Source: an uncultured Spirochaetota bacterium
Lineage (GTDB): Bacteria > Spirochaetota > Spirochaetia > SZUA-6 > Fen-1364
DNA length: 64,000 nt
Assembly: GCA_963734545.1 (NCBI GenBank)
Contig: CAVTHO010000003.1
Coordinates: 256,001-320,000, forward strand
Reading direction: 5' to 3'
A program made the translations under genes and the position numbers. Of the stretch, positions 19,937 through 29,451 are shown one piece after another. Position 1 is the first letter of the stretch, and each line of letters opens with the position of its first letter. A model generated the notes under the pieces. It was not told the origin of the DNA. It was given only the letters and a program-made list of their open reading frames with translations, and did not search any database.

Positions 19937-20233
19937 TCACCGGAACTCCTCGCACGACCAGACTCCGCCCGGAGGCTTGGGGAATGTGCAGGTTGGCCTG
20001 TTGTCACACAGGGGGCAGAGCCCCGGCTCGTGCTCAGGTGGAGCCGCGTCATCCCTCTTCAGGTGGGTAAAGGCCCCTGCCCGGACTTCCTCGTGCAGAC
20101 TCTCACCCTCGAACTCCATGCACTGCACGACGGGCACTCCCGGCTTCCGCGGGAATGTGCACAGCGGATCACTGCTGCACGTTGAGCACAAACCGACGTA
20201 GTCCATTCTGGCGCGTTTGACGCTTTTTGGCAT
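19937..20233 (-). CDS. Small Cys-rich protein with two copies of GLCxxCxxxxxCTFP...CxEF
   Basis: GLCSTCSSDPLCTFP...CMEF and GLCPLCDNRPTCTFP...CEEF. GAGGAGG RBS before the ATG at 20233. Confidence 0.75.
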   Translation of the reverse strand: MPKSVKRARMDYVGLCSTCSSDPLCTFPRKPGVPVVQCMEFEGESLHEEVRAGAFTHLKRDDAAPPEHEPGLCPLCDNRPTCTFPKPPGGVWSCEEFR

Positions 20234-20282
20234 GACGATCCTCCTCGGGCTCGACAGATCTCTGCCCAGCCTGAAGATAGGA

Positions 20283-20299
20283 AGCAATTGGCGTGCCAA
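20283..20299 (-). promoter_or_regulatory. sigma54 (-24/-12) promoter
   Basis: Minus strand reads TTGGCACG-CCAA-TTGCT, a full match to TGGCACG-N4-TTGC, next to an NtrC-family activator gene. Confidence 0.88.
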
Positions 20300-20416
20300 C
20301 GCCTGCCAGCGCAAAAGCGCCGGTTTTCCCTTGTTTTCAGGGCTGTTTCTGAAGTGCGAGGCCTGCCGGAGAGAATCAGGATGAGGCGAAAACACCCAGT
20401 GAGGAGAAATTCCCCA

Positions 20417-21757
20417 TCAGGGAAGGCGGGAGATCTTCGCAGCAAGGGTCTTGCGATCGATACCCATAATCTTGGCAGCCCGGGAGCGATTGCCCCCCAC
20501 CGAGGCAAGGACAGCCGCGACGTGCTCGAGCTCGACCTCGGCGAGGGAACGGTCCAATCGGCGGCCCGGTGAAGCGGTGAAACGCATGAGCTCGGGAAGG
20601 TCGGCGGCCTCGATTGACCCGCCTTCGCTCAGAAGCACTATTCTCTGGATGGTGTTTTCCAGCTCGCGGACGTTGCCCGGCCAGTTGTAGCGCCGCAGGG
20701 CATTGAGGGCGGCATCGCTGAACCGCGATTCCTCTTTTCCGTACTCGCGGGCGTAGCGCGTGGCGAAATGTCTCGCGAGCAGCAGCAGGTCTTCACCCCT
20801 GTCGCGCAGCGGCGGAAGCGCAATGCCCACCACATTCAGGCGGTAGTAGAGGTCCTCGCGAAAGAGCCCGCGCTGGATGAGCCCGGCAAGGTCCTTGTTC
20901 GTCGCCGCGATGATCCGGACGTCCACCTTGATGGCCTTTCGCGAGCCGATCATGGCGATCTCCCCGTCCTGCACGACGCGCAGGAGCTTCACCTGCATGG
21001 CCGGGCTGGTTTCCGAGACCTCGTCGAGAAAAATGGTTCCCCGTTCCGCCGTCTGAAAATAGCCGGCCCGCGTCTGATCCGCGCCGGTGAAGGAACCCTT
21101 CACGTACCCGAAGAGCTCGCTCTCGATGAGGGTCTCGGGAATGGCCCCGCAGTTCACCGCCACGAACGGCGCGGACGCGCGGGGTCCCGAGTAGTGGATG
21201 GCCCGGGCGACCATCTCCTTTCCCGTCCCGCTCTCTCCGCTGACAATCACGGGCGCCGAGACCGGTGCGGCCTTTTCAATCAGGCGGAACACGGTCTTCA
21301 TTGCCTCGGACTGCCCGATCAGGCCCTGGGGCGCGCGCGGGACCGAAGGGCCGCGCCCGTGGCCGAGTCGACGGAGCGCCAGCTTCTCCAGCGCCCTGCG
21401 CACGGCGGTGGTAAGCTCCTCTTCGGTGAACGGCTTGGCGAGGTATTCGGCTGCCCCCGACTTCATCGCGCTCACCGCGTTGTCGATGGATCCGTAGCCG
21501 GTGATCATGACGACCTCGGTGTCGCGCTGGTTCTCCCGCACGTGGCGGGTGAGCTCCATGCCGTCGATGCCCGGCATCCTGAAGTCGGTGACCACGAGGT
21601 CCACCGGGCTCGACCCGAGGATCGTCAGGGCCTCCGCCGCGCTCCCCGCCGTCAGGATGGTGTAGCCCTGGCCGGCGAGCGTTCTGCCGAGCACTTCCAG
21701 CGTATCCGGGGAGTCGTCGACCACGAGGATCCGTTCCATGCGGTGAAGGGCGCTCAC
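20417..21757 (-). CDS. NtrC-family sigma54-dependent response regulator (REC-AAA-HTH)
   Basis: ILVVDD, TDFRMP, GESGTGKE, ESELFGYVKGSFTGA (GAFTGA variant), WPGNVRELEN and a Fis-type HTH. GTG start overlaps the kinase stop; alternative ATG at 21739. Confidence 0.92.
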   Translation of the reverse strand: MSALHRMERILVVDDSPDTLEVLGRTLAGQGYTILTAGSAAEALTILGSSPVDLVVTDFRMPGIDGMELTRHVRENQRDTEVVMITGYGSIDNAVSAMKSGAAEYLAKPFTEEELTTAVRRALEKLALRRLGHGRGPSVPRAPQGLIGQSEAMKTVFRLIEKAAPVSAPVIVSGESGTGKEMVARAIHYSGPRASAPFVAVNCGAIPETLIESELFGYVKGSFTGADQTRAGYFQTAERGTIFLDEVSETSPAMQVKLLRVVQDGEIAMIGSRKAIKVDVRIIAATNKDLAGLIQRGLFREDLYYRLNVVGIALPPLRDRGEDLLLLARHFATRYAREYGKEESRFSDAALNALRRYNWPGNVRELENTIQRIVLLSEGGSIEAADLPELMRFTASPGRRLDRSLAEVELEHVAAVLASVGGNRSRAAKIMGIDRKTLAAKISRLP

Positions 21758-22912
21758 GGGGAAGCCTCCTCCGGCGGGGCCGGGCTCAGGGGGAGCCGCA
21801 CGGTAAAGCGCGAGCCCGCGCCGACCTTGCTGTGTACCGTGATGGTGCCCCCGCGGGACGTGAGGATCCCATGCACCACGGGAAGTCCCAGGCCGGTCCC
21901 CCTGCCCTCGTCTTTCGTCGTGAAGAAGGGTATGAAGATCCTGTCGAGGACCTCCGGGGTCATCCCGATCCCCGTGTCCTCCACGGTGAGAATACAGGCT
22001 TCCTCCACCTCCTCGATGCGCAGCGTGAGCCTTCCGCCTCCCGGGCATTGCCTGGAGCGCGTTCACGGCGAGGTTGACAATCACCTGGCGCAGCTCCGTC
22101 GGCTCCGCCCTGATCGTGAGCTTCTTCCGCGCAAGCTCCCTCCGTACCTCGATGCCGGCTGACCGGCAGCGGGGCTCGAGGAAATCCAGGACGCCGGCGG
22201 CGATGGCGCTCACGTCGCAGTATTCCACCCGGGCGGGAGCCACGTGGCCGAAGCCGAGGAGCTTCTGCACGATCTCGCGCGCGTGCAGTGAGGCCTCCAC
22301 GATTCGGGAGAGATCGCGCTGAGCGCCGGGAGAGAGCCCGGAGTCCTTCTGCACGAGCTGGGCGAACCCGAGGATCCTGGAGAGGGGGTCGTTCAGCTCG
22401 TGGGCGATGCCTGCCGCGAGCACACCGATGGTTGCCAGCCGGTCCGCGTGCCGAAGCTGGCTCTCGAGCAGCGAGTTGTCCTGGGCCGCCCGCACCCTTC
22501 CGGCAGCCAGGGAGATCTCGCCGGCGATCTTCTCGATCAGCTGCTCCTCTTCCGGCAGGAAGGGCGCAGCGTCCGTGCCCTCGATCGAAGACGGGTAGGA
22601 AACCTCGATAAGGCCTGCCGGATTTCCCGCCCCGCCGATCGATGCGGCCAGGTGGAAGCGGCTTTCCTGGAAGCTCCTTGTCTGCTGGCAGATGCTGCCG
22701 ACCCGGATGCGCGCCCCGGCGAGCTCGGAGTACTGGAACCCGCGGGGGAGGATTTCCACGATCGTGGCCATGGTCTTTTCGATGCTCGTGTCCGCGTGAC
22801 GCAGGACGCGCGAAATCTCGTAGAGGCACTCCAGCTCCTTGACCCTCTTCCGGAGGTCCTTCTCGATGGTGTCCTCTCTGTTCCCGTTGTTTTCCGGCTT
22901 TTCCGCCCTCAT
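21754..22912 (-). CDS. Cytoplasmic sensor histidine kinase (frameshift near 22040)
   Basis: AGIAHELNDPL H-box and NLAVNALQA N-box. DTGIG, FFTTK and GTGLGL are in a second frame (21754..22008). No TM segment. Confidence 0.88.
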
Positions 22913-23044
22913 GCTTTCCGGTCTGCTCCGCGGCAAGTATACCCGCAACCGACCGGCGCCGCCACATGATGGCCCCAGGCTTTCCCGGGCGCGTGGACTT
23001 GTTCGCCATGGAGCAATCCGCTACCTTTGCTCCTGGATGGCACA

Positions 23045-24775
23045 ATGAACAACCGTGAGCTGGCCGAGGTCTTCACCCTGATCGCCGACCTCTCCGAAAT
23101 CAAGGGCGAGATCGTCTACAAGACGCTGGCCTATCGAAGGGCTGCCGAGACCCTGTCCACCCTGGGCCGGGACGTCAACGAGCACTGGAAGGAAGGAACG
23201 CTGCGCGAGATCCCGGGCGTCGGCCAGGCCATCGCGGAGAAGATCGACGAGCTGCTGCGTACAGGCAGGCTGAAAGCCCTCGAGAAGCTCGAGCAGGAAG
23301 TTCCGGCAGCGCTGGCCGAATGGCTGAAGGTTCCCGGCCTGGGTCCCAAGAAGGTGGCTCTCATTCACAAGACACTGGAGATCACCACCCTGGCTGAGCT
23401 GGAGAAGGCCGCGCGCGCCGGCGGGCTGCGCGAGCTTCCGGGCATGGGCGCGAAGTCCGAGGCCCAGATCATCGCCGGGATCGAGTCGCTTTCCCGTCGT
23501 TCCTCGCGCATCCCGCTCGGCCGGGCGTACCCCCTTGCGCAGCAGATCGTCGCGACTCTGAAGAAGGTTCCCGGCGTGGTTGCCGCGGAACCGGCGGGTT
23601 CGCTGCGGCGCATGCGCGCGACGGTCGGAGACCTGGACATCCTGGTTGCGGCAGCCGACGCCGCTCCGGTCATGGAGGTCTTCACCACGCTTCCCGGGGT
23701 GGTGCGCGTCCTGGGCAAGGGTGAGACAAAGTCTTCGATAGAGTTCGGCGATGGTGTGCGCGCGCAGGTGTGGGTCCATCCGCCGGAGAAATTCGGAACC
23801 GCGCTCCAGTACGCAACAGGATCCAAGGAGCACAACATCCGCCTGCGCGAGATCGCGCTGGACAAGGGCCTGTCGCTCTCCGAGCACGCCCTGACCAGGA
23901 CGGACGGCTCCGGCGAGATCCTTTGCGCAACCGAGGAAAAGGTCTATGAGACTCTCGGCCTGGTCTGGGTCCCGCCCGAGCTGCGCGAAGACCGCGGCGA
24001 GGTGCAGGCCGCCAGGAAGGGTCAGATGCCGAGGCTTGTCGAGCTCAGGGACATACGCGCGGACCTGCAGACGCACTCCACGTGGTCCGACGGCAAGCTC
24101 TCGATGCTCGAGATGGCGCGGGCGGCAGCCCGGCGCGGCATCAAGGTCATTGCCTTCACGGATCACTCGGCAAGTCTCGGTATGGTCGGCGGCCTGACCA
24201 TGGAAGATCACGCGCGGCAGCAGAAGGAGATCGAGCAGGCGCAGGCCGAAGCTGGGGGACACGATCCGCATCCTGCACGCCTCGGAGGTCGAGATCAAGG
24301 CCGACGGGACTCTCGACTATCCGGACGATTTCCTTGCCACGCTGGACCTGGTCGTGGCGTCACTGCACACCTCGCTGCGCCAGCCGCGGGATCGCGTCAC
24401 CGAGCGGGTGATCAAGGCAATCCGCAACCGGCACGTGGACATCATCGGCCACCCGACCGGGCGGTTGATCCCGGACCGCGAGGGCGCGGACCTGGACATG
24501 GAGGCCGTGCTGGCCGCTGCCGCCGAGAGTCCGGCGTGGCTCTCGAGATCAATGCCCATCCCGCGCGGCTGGACCTGGAAGACGTGTACGCTGAGCGCGC
24601 GAAGAAGCTGGGCATTCTGCTCAGCATCAACACGGATGCGCACAGCGAAGCGGACCTCGACATGCTGCACTTCGGCGTGGCCATGGCGCGCCGCGCGTGG
24701 CTGGAGCCTCAGGACGTCATCAACACCTGGCCGACGGAGAAGCTGCTCGACTGGCTCTCGAAGCGCGGCGGCTGA
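23045..24775 (+). CDS. polX: DNA polymerase X / PHP 3'-5' exonuclease (two compensating indels near 24255 and 24525)
   Basis: IPGVG, AGSLRR-TVGDLDIL, ATGSKEHN, HSTWSDG, TDHS, GHPTGR, EINAHPARLD and NTDAH motifs. Confidence 0.92.
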   Translation: MNNRELAEVFTLIADLSEIKGEIVYKTLAYRRAAETLSTLGRDVNEHWKEGTLREIPGVGQAIAEKIDELLRTGRLKALEKLEQEVPAALAEWLKVPGLGPKKVALIHKTLEITTLAELEKAARAGGLRELPGMGAKSEAQIIAGIESLSRRSSRIPLGRAYPLAQQIVATLKKVPGVVAAEPAGSLRRMRATVGDLDILVAAADAAPVMEVFTTLPGVVRVLGKGETKSSIEFGDGVRAQVWVHPPEKFGTALQYATGSKEHNIRLREIALDKGLSLSEHALTRTDGSGEILCATEEKVYETLGLVWVPPELREDRGEVQAARKGQMPRLVELRDIRADLQTHSTWSDGKLSMLEMARAAARRGIKVIAFTDHSASLGMVGGLTMEDHARQQKEIEQAQAEAGGHDPHPARLGGRDQGRRDSRLSGRFPCHAGPGRGVTAHLAAPAAGSRHRAGDQGNPQPARGHHRPPDRAVDPGPRGRGPGHGGRAGRCRRESGVALEINAHPARLDLEDVYAERAKKLGILLSINTDAHSEADLDMLHFGVAMARRAWLEPQDVINTWPTEKLLDWLSKRGG

Positions 24776-24849
24776 AGTCCCGACCCCCCCCTCGCCGCAA
24801 GCCCCGGCGGCCCTTGATTCGTTATATTCTCCGTCAGGGAGGCATTCTC

Positions 24850-25668
24850 ATGGCGGAGCGAGGTATTGAGTTCAGCGACGATGACCTGCAGTACCTCGTG
24901 CGGGTGCTCATGCCGGAGTCGGATGACAGGCAGCGGATGGTGCGCGTGCTTCGTGAGGACGCGGAGATCCGCGAGGCAATGCTCGCCGATGAAAGGGTGT
25001 TCCGCCGGATGCTCACGGATCCACTGTCCGTCCTGAGGGTGTCTCCCGCGCTCTTCTTTGCCATCCTGCTTGCCCGTGTGCGCGCCGACCTGGAGCATGA
25101 GCCCTACACGCTGGAGCGGAGCAGGACACTCTCCATGGTGCTCTTCGACGTGCCCCGGATCGTCGAGCTGCTCGACGACCGGCAGCTTCGCAGCTATCTC
25201 ACGGAGCTTCTCGTTTCATTCGTGCGCATCAACAGCTTTTCCTTCAGCGTCAGGGTGAGGCCGGGATTGTGGCGCCGCGTGCGCTTCAGCGACTTCGATA
25301 TCGACAGCCTCGTGAGGTATGGCAGCGCCATCGACGAGTCGGAGCGTTTTCCCGTCTACAAGCGGATTGCGGACATCTGCCTCTTCACGCTGGGTATCCT
25401 CTCCGCCCCCGCGCCCGCGGATGCGCCGCAGGACACTCTGAAAATCGAGGGCATGAGGATCCGGGCGAATCGCACGCGGGATGACTACGTGCAGGAGGGC
25501 GTCACGTTCTACCGGCTGGCCGCCCGGCACAGTGACGTCAGGGCGAAGGGACGAAGCGAGGTGCTTGCGACGCTCGCGGACAAGTTCACCCTTGCCGTCA
25601 AGCCGCTCGCCGTCATGTCCGCCCGCTATCTCCACCCGTTCAAGGACAACGTCTTTCTGCAGGCGTGA
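24850..25668 (+). CDS. Conserved hypothetical protein
   Basis: Natural composition, GGAGG RBS, VSPALFFAILL and YKRIADICLFTLG segments. Confidence 0.65.
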   Translation: MAERGIEFSDDDLQYLVRVLMPESDDRQRMVRVLREDAEIREAMLADERVFRRMLTDPLSVLRVSPALFFAILLARVRADLEHEPYTLERSRTLSMVLFDVPRIVELLDDRQLRSYLTELLVSFVRINSFSFSVRVRPGLWRRVRFSDFDIDSLVRYGSAIDESERFPVYKRIADICLFTLGILSAPAPADAPQDTLKIEGMRIRANRTRDDYVQEGVTFYRLAARHSDVRAKGRSEVLATLADKFTLAVKPLAVMSARYLHPFKDNVFLQA

Positions 25669-25785
25669 AAGCCGCGCGATCTGCAGGTCTGCCTGTCCTG
25701 TCAGTTGCTCTGCGCAGACGGTGCCTTCATAATGTCTCCCACTAAGGACGAGGGTCAGTCGATTCATCCCGGCGTCGGGTAATCC

Positions 25786-26143
25786 CTACGCCCCCCTGCC
25801 TTCAAGGAACTCTTTCAGGGCCCGGGCGTTGGAAAGCTGCGGTTCTCTGGCCGCAAACACCAGGGTAACCACTCCCTTTCGCGCTGCCTCCCGAATGGGA
25901 GCAAGGGCGTCCGGGACCCGCCGTCAGCTCCGCGAAATAGCGGCGGCGAAACTCGGTCCACTTTGCCGCATCATGGCCGTACCATTTACGAAGCCCATCG
26001 CTCGGCGCCGCTTCTTTCAGCCACCCGTCCAGCCTGGCCTTCTCTTTGGTGATCCCCCGGGGCCAGAGCCTCTCGACGAGAAACCGCGTCCCATCTGTCT
26101 CGTCCGGCGGCTCGTAGACGCGCTTCAGCTTCAGCTGAATCAG
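25786..26143 (-). pseudogene. DUF488/YeaO-family gene; no clear start codon and one frameshift near 25920
   Basis: Manual translation gives [53 protein letters not shown]...[10 protein letters not shown], then [23 protein letters not shown]. Not in the ORF track. Confidence 0.75.
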
Positions 26144-26188
26144 ACGAAGTCTAGTGGACAGCTCGCACGGTGAGCCGAGCGGAAGATC

Positions 26189-26821
26189 TCACGCTTTCAC
26201 GCTGGTCTCGAACCGGCAGCTTGGACATTCCCCGTGGCTGCATCGCTCGGTTATCTGCAGTCCCGTGATACGGCCCAGGAGCGCTTCCATGGCCGCGCAC
26301 GAACGCTCATCTGCGCTCACCGCCTTGCTGATGAGACAGCCGTGCCCCTGTATGACGAGCTTGCCATCCTCCTCGCTCACCTCGGCGAGGGAGCCGAGGG
26401 ACTGGAGGAAGCCCACGGCGCCGATCATGCGTTCCCGCGGAGATCCGGTGAGCCGGGGAATCGAATCGGCGATATCCCGCCCGGCTGCCTTCATGATGCC
26501 GCGGAACTCACTGGAGGGAACCTTGCGGGCCAGGACATTCACGAGGTGGGCCAGGAAGAGAGGATATGCCTTCGAAAAAAGCACGTCCGCGCCGGGGCGC
26601 ACGCGATAGAGCGCGGCCGGCCTGCGGCTCCCCCTGACCTCTCCCTGGATATCGACGAGCCCCTCCCTCTGGAGGAGCGCTATTTGCGACCGCACCGCAT
26701 TCTTCGTGATCATGAGCTCCTTCGAAAGATGCTCGATGGTCTGCCCGCCCTTCATCAGGAGCTGGATGATACGCTCCCGCGTGCCGAAGCGCTTTTCAAC
26801 AGTCGTGTCCGATGGCCTCAT
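26189..26821 (-). CDS. Winged-HTH transcriptional regulator with a Cys-containing C-terminal domain (ArsR/SufR-like)
   Basis: TRERIIQLL...LMITKNAVRSQIALLQREGLV...RRPAALY, followed by GCLI, SCAAME and CSHGECPSCRF. Confidence 0.8.
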   Translation of the reverse strand: MRPSDTTVEKRFGTRERIIQLLMKGGQTIEHLSKELMITKNAVRSQIALLQREGLVDIQGEVRGSRRPAALYRVRPGADVLFSKAYPLFLAHLVNVLARKVPSSEFRGIMKAAGRDIADSIPRLTGSPRERMIGAVGFLQSLGSLAEVSEEDGKLVIQGHGCLISKAVSADERSCAAMEALLGRITGLQITERCSHGECPSCRFETSVKA

Positions 26822-26870
26822 GGTTGTCCTCTTTCTTTCTGCTCACGGTAGGACAATAACGGATAAAGCC

Positions 26871-26936
26871 AATAAAATCAATAAATATAAATAATTACAA
26901 TTTTTATTTGACTTATTATGTTAACTTCAGTACGCT
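26871..26936 (+). promoter_or_regulatory. AT-rich divergent control region with sigma70 promoter and imperfect inverted repeat
   Basis: TTGACT (26908)-17bp-TACGCT (26931). Arms AATAAAATCAATAAATA and TTTTTATTTGACTTATT. Confidence 0.6.
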
Positions 26937-26981
26937 TGTCCTGACCGAAAGACAAGACAGACCAAGCAGGAGGAACGAGAC

Positions 26982-27638
26982 GTGAAGAGATTGGTTTTGA
27001 TTCTGGCCATTGCGGCCGCGGCGGTCGTGGTCCCTTTTGAAGCGACTGCTGCAGGGAATGAAGCGCAGAAGATGGCGATGAAACCGGTGGTCTACACCCA
27101 GGCGGTTGTGGATCTGCGGAACGCCATGCGGATGCTCTGGGAAGAGCATATCGTCTACACGAGGACCTTTATCATCAGCGCCCTCGCCGGACTCGATGAC
27201 ACGAGCAAGGTGGCGGAGCGGCTTCTGAGAAACCAGGATGATATCGGAAACGCCATCAAACCGTACTACGGTGATGCGGCGGGGACCGCCCTCGCAGGCC
27301 TTTTGAGGACCCATATCCTGATAGCGGCCGACATTGTCAGCGCTGCAAAATCGGGAGATAATGATGGCGTGGCAAATGGCGAGAAAAAGTGGTCCGCAAA
27401 TGCCGAAGACCTTGCGACATTCCTGAGCAGCGCAAACTCCAACTGGCCCAAGTCATCCCTGAGGGACATGCTGGACATTCACCTGGCGTATACCACGACC
27501 GAGGTCGTCTCACGCCTTGGCAAGAATTGGGCAGCGGACATGGAGGCCTACGACAAGGGACACGCGCACATGCTCATGTTCGCGGACATGCTTTCTGACG
27601 GAATTGTGAAGCAGTTCCCGGCGAAGTTCACCAAATAG
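26982..27638 (+). CDS. Exported all-helical His-containing protein of unknown function
   Basis: Signal peptide, then LWEEH, RLLRNQDDIGNAIKPYYG, LLRTH, MLDIHL and HAHMLMFADMLSDGIVKQFP. AGGAGG RBS. Confidence 0.75.
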   Translation: MKRLVLILAIAAAAVVVPFEATAAGNEAQKMAMKPVVYTQAVVDLRNAMRMLWEEHIVYTRTFIISALAGLDDTSKVAERLLRNQDDIGNAIKPYYGDAAGTALAGLLRTHILIAADIVSAAKSGDNDGVANGEKKWSANAEDLATFLSSANSNWPKSSLRDMLDIHLAYTTTEVVSRLGKNWAADMEAYDKGHAHMLMFADMLSDGIVKQFPAKFTK

Positions 27639-27719
27639 CCGGGACAGTCTGCCGTCGAGGACCGGGTTCCGAGCGAGGCCTACCGACCTCGGAACCCCTG
27701 CAGGAACGCAACCATGAAA

Positions 27720-27749
27720 GAGCGGAGGGTGCGGAAGCATCCTCCGCTC
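27720..27749. terminator. Strong GC hairpin (possible terminator)
   Basis: GAGCGGAGGGTGC-GGAA-GCATCCTCCGCTC, with only a weak U-tract. Confidence 0.5.
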
Positions 27750-27919
27750 CTCTTGCGGGCGGTTCAATTCGTTGTGAACGCTCCACGGTGAAGGGTGGGC
27801 GGGCAGGGAAGCCACGGACTACTGCGTCGAGATCACCTGATTGCCTGATGCGCCGCGCCGGCGCCCGCGCGCTCGGCCGGAAATTTGCTTTTTCCCAGCC
27901 GGTCGCGCACCTTATATCC

Positions 27920-29159
27920 ATGAAGTACAATGTAGATGCAGGTGTTTCCACTCTCGTTCACGACTTCATCCTAGAGAAATCTGCCGCGAAGGAAGAGACA
28001 CGAGTGTTTCCCGCCGACCCGTTCTGGAAGGGCCTGAGGGACACGGGCACGGGGCTGTGGCTGGACACGGGGGACATGGAGGCGGCGGCGCGGCAATGGA
28101 CGGACGAGTTCAGCGCCCTTACCACGAACAACACCCTGCTGAACAAGGAAGTGCAGAAAGGCATCTACGACGAGGTCATCAGGGAAGCCGGGAGGCTGCT
28201 GGGACCTGGACACGGAGACCAGCGCGTCATGGAGGTTGCCTTCATCCTCAACGCCCTGCACGGCCTTCGGCTCGTGAAGGTGTTCAATGCTCAGGTGAGC
28301 GTGGAGCTGCACACGGCCACGGCGGATGACGTGGAGGCCGCCGTCGCCTACGGACGGCGATTCGCGCGCATTTCACCTTCGCATTTCATCGTCAAGGTGC
28401 CGCTGACGGCCGCCGGGTTCATCGCCACCCGCATTCTTCGGGCGGAGGGAATTCCCGTCAACTTCACGCTCGGATTCAGCGCGCGACAGAATTATCTCGT
28501 CGGCCGCTTTCGCCTGCCCCAGCTACGTCAACGTGTTCCTCGGGCGGCTGAACGCGTACGTTGCGACAACGCCCTCGGCGACGGTCTCCTGGTCGGAGAG
28601 AAGGCCACGCTGGCGAGCCAGGCGGCCGTGTCTCGGCTCGCAGGGGAAGGAAGACGCTGCAGATCGCCGCGAGCATGCGCGGCGGCACGCAGGTGCGGGA
28701 CCTCGCCGGAGTGGACGTGATGACCATGCCCCTTGCCACGGCCGCCGAGGCGCGCTCCAAGCTCGACGGGAGGTGGGAGTCAAAGGTCCGCGAAGTCTAC
28801 CGCGTGAGCCTTGCCACAGGGGTAGAGGAAAGCCAGTGCGCCTCGCGGCGCTGTGGGACGTCACCGACCGCGAGGAGAGGCTCGCCAAGCTCCCTGATTG
28901 ACCGATGTGCCCGGCTCGGCCGAGGAGCTCGTCGACCGGGCCCACCAGCTTGGCGCGGGAGACCTGTTCCCCCGGCTCGGCAAAGACGGACCTCGCCGCC
29001 CTCGCGGCCGATGGAAAGATCCCGAAACATTCACGGTGGAGCGAGCGAATCGCGCGGGGCGAGCTCGCCGTAGATACCCTGTGCACGATGGCAGGCTTGC
29101 AGTCCTTCAGCGCAGATCAGGAGGCCCTGGACGAAAGGATCCGCCGGCTCATCGGCTGA
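27920..29159 (+). CDS. tal: Transaldolase-family protein, several frameshifts in 28500-28900
   Basis: LWLDTGD, TTNNTLL, VSVEL, IVKVPLT (Schiff-base Lys), VNFTLGFS, NVFLGRLN and IAASMR, spread over three frames. Confidence 0.8.
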
Positions 29160-29164
29160 GGCAT

Positions 29165-29255
29165 TCACATCCGCCGGACCCCGCGCGCTTGGGGGAGACC
29201 GAGCAGCGTCTGTACGGACTGGATGCATGGCGGGAGGCTCCGTGCCACACTTCTC
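29165..29255 (+). pseudogene. Fragment of a carboxymuconolactone decarboxylase/AhpD-like gene
   Basis: ARLGETEQRLYGLDAWREAP resembles the family motif GETEQRLY-L-AWRE-P. No start or remainder. Confidence 0.55.
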
Positions 29256-29297
29256 CTCCGGCCGTTGCAGCTCGTAGACCCGCTTCAGCCTCATCAT
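29256..29297 (-). pseudogene. 5' remnant of a second DUF488 gene
   Basis: MMRLKRVYE; DNA ctcgtagaccCgcttcagc closely matches 26111-26129. Confidence 0.5.
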
Positions 29298-29451
29298 AAT
29301 TCAATGATACTTGCCCATCCACGGCCGCAAAGCCCTGATCCGACGCGCTTCGCGGATATGTGCCGGAATGCGCGAAAATGGAAAGAAGGCTGTTTTTTTC
29401 GGCCGCGGTGTATATATTTACCACTATGTTGGAGTCTCGGGAGGACCACGT

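Noticed and set aside
7301-22162. Long antisense or alternate-frame ORFs (for example 7301..8896, 14391..16259, 18504..19835, 20768..22162)
   Set aside because: These are Arg/Pro/Gly-rich shadow ORFs typical of high-GC DNA, overlapping well-supported genes.
20417-22948. 843-aa hybrid kinase-NtrC fusion in the ORF track
   Set aside because: The kinase G-boxes lie in another frame ending at 21754 with a GTGA overlap; one indel near 22040 explains the apparent fusion.
23045-24775. polX pseudogene or programmed frameshift
   Set aside because: Two compensating indels with all catalytic motifs intact fit the window-wide error pattern; no slippery heptamer was noticed.
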